Part shown: positions 60,219-64,000 of the stretch, piece by piece | Layout of the letters: each line of letters opens with the position of its first letter | Position numbering within the stretch: the stretch's first letter is position 1 | Source: an uncultured bacterium | Lineage (GTDB): Bacteria; Hydrothermota; UBA3072; B12-G15 | DNA: 64,000 nucleotides | NCBI GenBank assembly: GCA_965612735.1 | Contig: CBFDSV010000003.1 | Span: 6,113-70,112, forward strand | Direction: 5' to 3' | The notes under the pieces: model-generated | The model's database searches: none | The model's input: the letters and a program-made list of their open reading frames with translations, nothing else | Told to the model about the DNA's origin: nothing | Translations under genes and position numbers: made by a program

Positions 60219-60417
60219 GCTCCATGCATGCCTCAAGGCAGCACTCAAGGCACTCCTCGTAGAGTTCCTCAAGTTTATCTATGTGTTCCCTGTAACACTG
60301 AATCTTTTCCTGGTCTTCAACCCCTTTTACTGCCTCAAGCACGTCCTTTGCAGCAAGTATGGCTTCTCCAAGGGAGTTTAAGGCCTTTATTTTTAACTTC
60401 AGAAGTTCTTTGTTCAT
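60205..60417 (-). CDS. Hypothetical small Cys-rich protein (70 aa)
   Basis: ORF only, with a C-terminal CYREH...CLECCLEAC cluster. Convergent with 59832-60218. Confidence 0.3.
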   Translation of the reverse strand: MNKELLKLKIKALNSLGEAILAAKDVLEAVKGVEDQEKIQCYREHIDKLEELYEECLECCLEACMEPKEE

Positions 60418-60483
60418 ATAGCCTCCTTTTTGTCAAAGATTAACACCCTTAAATCTTTAGTCAACCCCTCCCGCCCTCCTGAG

Positions 60484-61450
60484 GGACGGAGGTTGACTCT
60501 ATGACACCCTGCTTTTCTCCTTAGTCCTTATATATATTTTCGCCAGGGAAGAGTATTTTAACGTGCGATACGGAGCAAGTTTAATAATCTCAGAATACTT
60601 CATTCCTGCTTCATCCTTTAATAATACAAGAAGTTTGTTACGTAACTCTTTCCCTTTCATGGTATTGGGATTAATTTGTTCTATCTTTATACCATACTGT
60701 TTTTCAAAATCATTTATAACATCTTCAACTGGTCTCATAATGAAATCCTGTCTCCTTTTACGCATAGAAGTTTCTACTTGCTTTCTTCTGTTAAAGTTCT
60801 TTTCTATCTCTGTTTCAAACCCTGAATTTCCCAGAATAAAGCCAAAGCGAGTTTTTACAGGTTTTAGTTTTTTATCCGTTAAAAGCCATTCCTTAAGCAT
60901 TGTTTGGAACTGAGTCTCGCTTCCATAGATGCTCTCGACGAATTCGTTATCAACGAAATCAGAGTTTTCATCTCTGAAATATATGCCCAGGCTTGTCCAT
61001 GGATAATTATAGGGATTATATACAATACCAGCCCTTACCGGATTAAGGAGTACATATATTATAGCGGTTGTTAAATAGTTTTCTTTCTGAATTAAGGTGG
61101 AGAGAAACCTGTTCTGAAATACATACCCAATTCCACCATGTTGCTTCCTATAATAAATAGCATAGGTTCCGTTGAGATAACGCATAAAATCACTCAATCG
61201 TCCGGAGGAGTTTTGAAGGATTAAATGGTAATGGTTGTCAAGAATAGTGTAAGCCAATAGTCTTATGCGGTACTTTTTTACAGATTCTCTTAGAAGATTT
61301 AAAAAGTATTCTTTTGTTTTCTTCCCGAAAAAGATAAATTCGCCTCTTAAGCCCCGGGACATGACATGATGATATGCTCCTTCGTAGGTTACCCTTGAAC
61401 TTCTCATTTTTCTATTATAGTGGAAGGTGTCATAGAGTCAACCTCCGTCC
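60484..61450 (-). mobile_element. IS200/RAYT-like element: HUH tyrosine-transposase gene flanked by perfect 25-bp inverted repeats (GGACGGAGGTTGACTCTATGACACC)
   Basis: IRs at 60484-60508 and 61426-61450 are exact reverse complements. The left end also forms an imperfect hairpin with 60460-60476. The internal gene carries the HUH motif. The element is AT-rich relative to its flanks. Confidence 0.7.
60499..61407 (-). CDS. IS200-like / REP-associated tyrosine (Y1, HUH) transposase-family protein, 302 aa
   Basis: LLAYTILDNHYHLILQ is the HUH motif. YHHVMSRG N-terminal motif and GYVFQNRFLSTLIQKENYL tyrosine region, typical of Y1_Tnp with a long C-terminal extension. Confidence 0.7.
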   Translation of the reverse strand: MRSSRVTYEGAYHHVMSRGLRGEFIFFGKKTKEYFLNLLRESVKKYRIRLLAYTILDNHYHLILQNSSGRLSDFMRYLNGTYAIYYRKQHGGIGYVFQNRFLSTLIQKENYLTTAIIYVLLNPVRAGIVYNPYNYPWTSLGIYFRDENSDFVDNEFVESIYGSETQFQTMLKEWLLTDKKLKPVKTRFGFILGNSGFETEIEKNFNRRKQVETSMRKRRQDFIMRPVEDVINDFEKQYGIKIEQINPNTMKGKELRNKLLVLLKDEAGMKYSEIIKLAPYRTLKYSSLAKIYIRTKEKSRVS

Positions 61451-62513
61451 TTATGAAGGTGAAGATGTCAATTCTACCTGAATAGCAGGAGACCCATGCT
61501 TCTATTGTGTTTCCATCCTGATAAATTGCCACGCCAACTGGTTCATATCCAGTTTTCAATCTGTATAACCTTTTCAGGTTATCTGCCTGGAACACATCAA
61601 GGATATTATCCCTGTAACTCACAACAAACACATATTTTCCATCCGGTGAAATTGTCAGGGTTCTTGCAAGCCTTCCAGTTTTTGAACTTTTTATCACCTT
61701 ACCTGCTTTAAGGTCAATCTTAGCCACCTTCCCGCCTATATTAATTGATGCGTATAGATAGTTATCCTTTATAACCAGATGTCTGGGATTTACACCTGCA
61801 TGGATAAATCCAGTTGTTTTCCATGTGCCCATCTCAACAATCCTGATAAGGTCACTGCTCATCTCAGCAATATATAGAAGTTTATTGTCCATTGATACGG
61901 CAATACCCCTGGGTATTCTACCAGTTGGAATATCTGTGATTTTTTTCCAAGTGAAGGGGTCTTCAGCAGATATATCAATCACGGATACATTGTTTGAATG
62001 CCAGTTTGCGACAAACAGATACTTTCCATCCCTTGACTTTTCAATGACTTTGGGTGTTTTACCTGTTTCAATAAATAAAAGGTCACCTGTTTTTACATAA
62101 TCTGTTTCCATGTATTTCAGAGAAACCCTTTTGTGGGGATAATTTTCTATTGGTTTAAGTGTATCCTTTAAATCCCAGACAACCACCCCACCAGCATTGT
62201 GTAATGATATCCAGAGGAATCTCCCATTATGGGTGAAGCATGCCTCAACAGGCTTTTCCTGATAAGAATTTATCCATATCTTTTTCCTGTAATTATACCC
62301 TTTACCAGGTGTTTTTTTGAATCTCAGAATCCTTAAAAGTTTCCGTGATTTTCTGTCAAACTCATACACACTCATATCCTCAAGATTCTGGGCATAAACC
62401 CTTTCTCCATCAGGGCTTATCACAATGGATTTTGTTCCTGAACCACTCCTTATTACCTGATGATGTACCATATCAAGTTGTGCCATGGTTATGAATAAAA
62501 GCATAAAACCCAT
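61404..62513 (-). CDS. Secreted YVTN/lactonase-type beta-propeller protein; C-terminal 16 aa encoded by the transposon IR
   Basis: Signal peptide and repeated SPDGKY-type beta-propeller blades. The last codons (...TEVDSMTPSTIIEK*) lie inside the right IR. Confidence 0.55.
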   Translation of the reverse strand: MGFMLLFITMAQLDMVHHQVIRSGSGTKSIVISPDGERVYAQNLEDMSVYEFDRKSRKLLRILRFKKTPGKGYNYRKKIWINSYQEKPVEACFTHNGRFLWISLHNAGGVVVWDLKDTLKPIENYPHKRVSLKYMETDYVKTGDLLFIETGKTPKVIEKSRDGKYLFVANWHSNNVSVIDISAEDPFTWKKITDIPTGRIPRGIAVSMDNKLLYIAEMSSDLIRIVEMGTWKTTGFIHAGVNPRHLVIKDNYLYASINIGGKVAKIDLKAGKVIKSSKTGRLARTLTISPDGKYVFVVSYRDNILDVFQADNLKRLYRLKTGYEPVGVAIYQDGNTIEAWVSCYSGRIDIFTFIRTEVDSMTPSTIIEK

Positions 62514-62590
62514 ATATCCTCCTTGTTTATGAACCTGATTATATGTTCATCAATAGAGATGTCAATCAAACAAAAAATTCTGCTTGACTT

Positions 62591-63523
62591 GTGAAGAAAT
62601 ATGTATATAATAACATCATGAAAAGATGGTCAATCGTTGTCTACAGGGGTGAAAGGTCCTCATGTATGGGGTTTTCTGTCTCTGATTCCTTTCTGACTGC
62701 AGGGGTTGTATTCCTTTCCCTGTTCTTTGCATTTTTTGCTTACCTTGCAGTGGAGGGATACAGGAACAGAAGCATGCTATCCCATATTATCAGACTGAAA
62801 ATGGAGAGGGATAAACTTCTCAGGGAGACTGAATGTATAATGTCCAGCCTTGAAAAACTCAATACCGAGATACAGGAAACAATTTCAAGGACAAGCCTCC
62901 TTGCTTCACTTGCCAGAAGGCCTATACCAGATAGATACACACTTATGATGGGTACCGGTGGTTTTCCTGAAAAGATGCCATTTCATGACCAGACTGTTTC
63001 CAGCAATGTCTTGAAGTTAAAGAATGAAACAGAAAAACTGAAGAATATACTTGCCTTTGAAAATAAAGAGACTGATAGGGCAATCAGAAAGTTGAGGGAG
63101 AAGGAGAGACTCCTTATGGCCACCCCCTCAATATGGCCAACATATGGCCGAGTGACTGCAACCTTTGGATGGAGAAGGCATCCCATTCTTAAAAGGCGTG
63201 AATTCCATAAAGGGCTGGATATTGCCAATTTCCGAGGAACCCCAATTTATGCCACTGCCTATGGAAGGGTTACATTCACCGGTGTAAGGAATGGATATGG
63301 CTACACTGTGGAGATAGACCACGGTTATGGATTCTCTACCAGATATGCTCATCTGAAAAAAATCCTTGTAAGAAAGGGTGAGTATGTTAAGAGGGGTCAA
63401 CTCATAGGACTTATGGGTGCAACAGGGCTTGCAACAGGCCCCCACCTCCATTACGAGGTCAGAATTCTTGGAAAGGCAGTCAATCCCATAAGGTATCTTG
63501 ATAATTCACCTGTAGTTTATTGA
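62591..63523 (+). CDS. M23-family (LytM-like) metallo-endopeptidase with N-terminal TM segment and coiled coil
   Basis: HKGLDIA...GTPIYATAYGRV...GYTVEIDHGYGFSTRYAHL...GATGLATGPHLHYEV matches the HxxxD / HxH M23 motifs. Confidence 0.85.
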   Translation: MKKYVYNNIMKRWSIVVYRGERSSCMGFSVSDSFLTAGVVFLSLFFAFFAYLAVEGYRNRSMLSHIIRLKMERDKLLRETECIMSSLEKLNTEIQETISRTSLLASLARRPIPDRYTLMMGTGGFPEKMPFHDQTVSSNVLKLKNETEKLKNILAFENKETDRAIRKLREKERLLMATPSIWPTYGRVTATFGWRRHPILKRREFHKGLDIANFRGTPIYATAYGRVTFTGVRNGYGYTVEIDHGYGFSTRYAHLKKILVRKGEYVKRGQLIGLMGATGLATGPHLHYEVRILGKAVNPIRYLDNSPVVY

Positions 63524-64000
63524 TGTTTCCATATCTCTTTCTTGCTCCCCTTGCTGGATACACAACCTCCTCTGTGAGGCTTTTTTTTCGCCTCCATGGT
63601 GCTGATATGGTGTTCACAGAGATGGTCTCTGCAAAGGCAATCCTTCTTGGGAGCAAAAAGACCCTTTCCCTTGCTGCCTTTAAGGAGAAAGAGAGACCCA
63701 TTGGTGTACAGATTTTTGGGGGTGACCCGATTCTTTTATCAGAGGCTGCACAGGTTATTGAAGAAAATCTTAAACCTGATATGATTGATATTAACATGGG
63801 TTGTCCTGTTCGTAAGGTGATAAAACAGGGTTATGGTGCTGCCCTGCTTGAGAACAAGGAGACGGCTCTGAGGATTGCACATGATGTTTCAAGGGCTGTA
63901 AAAATACCTGTCTCTGTTAAAACAAGAACGGGTTTTGATAGACCCATTGGTCTCGGTTTCTTCCTTGAACTTGCAAGTACAGGGATAAGCCTGCTCACCA
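63523..64000 (+). CDS. tRNA-dihydrouridine synthase (Dus family), N-terminal part; continues beyond window
   Basis: LAPLAGYTTSSVRLFFRLHGADMVFTEMVSAK...IGVQIFGGDP...DINMGCPVRKV is a Dus TIM-barrel with the catalytic Cys. ATG overlaps the upstream TGA by 1 nt. Confidence 0.85.
   Translation, partial: MFPYLFLAPLAGYTTSSVRLFFRLHGADMVFTEMVSAKAILLGSKKTLSLAAFKEKERPIGVQIFGGDPILLSEAAQVIEENLKPDMIDINMGCPVRKVIKQGYGAALLENKETALRIAHDVSRAVKIPVSVKTRTGFDRPIGLGFFLELASTGISLLT

Overview
This is a 64 kb piece of a compact bacterial chromosome. I annotated about 55 protein-coding genes and one tRNA-Leu(UAG), and saw no rRNA or CRISPR array. Neighbouring genes often overlap by 1-8 bp. Arginine is mostly AGG/AGA and glycine often GGG, which is typical of thermophilic anaerobes. 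Marker genes point in mixed taxonomic directions: a T9SS-type C-terminal sorting domain and a SusC-like TonB receptor on one hand, a mcsA-mcsB-clpC operon and trmFO on the other.

Confident housekeeping calls include:
- htpX (partial) and tal
- tRNA-Leu followed by tig-clpP-clpX-lon
- trkH-trkA, mgtE, an acyl-CoA ligase, trmFO and a YifB/ComM Mg-chelatase-like ATPase
- lysS, lolE/lolD-like ABC genes, mcsA-mcsB-clpC
- GH57 and GH13 glycogen enzymes, an otsA/otsB fusion, an M23 peptidase and a partial dus gene

The more interesting content:
1. A minus-strand cluster carries a lipoate-protein ligase (LplA) with a Cys-rich extension, two BioB-like radical-SAM proteins and an FAD oxidoreductase. 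It looks like a bacterial version of the archaeal LipS1/LipS2 two-protein lipoyl synthase.
2. A strong promoter drives a tiny Gly/Trp/Arg/Tyr-rich (GWGR)4 protein. Next come a NifX/NifB-family protein with an RGG/YGG low-complexity tail, a second NifX-like protein and two MinD-like ATPases carrying 4Fe-4S ferredoxin inserts. A 2xPAS sigma-54 activator follows the cluster.
3. A large sensor kinase is paired with a REC-GAF-HD-GYP response regulator, and a GAF-GGDEF cyclase lies elsewhere.
4. A small island sits between yifB and lysS. It has a consensus promoter, a frameshifted excisionase-type HTH gene, a streptothricin-acetyltransferase-like GNAT and a perfect 29-bp inverted-repeat pair.
5. A roughly 970-bp element with 25-bp inverted repeats encodes an IS200/RAYT-like HUH tyrosine transposase. 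It has replaced the 3' end of a beta-propeller gene.
6. There are several large secreted or outer-membrane proteins. One combines a Peptidase_MA-like HExxH domain, a TolB-like propeller and a beta-barrel.

All calls come from reading the sequence and the supplied six-frame translations. No database search was run.
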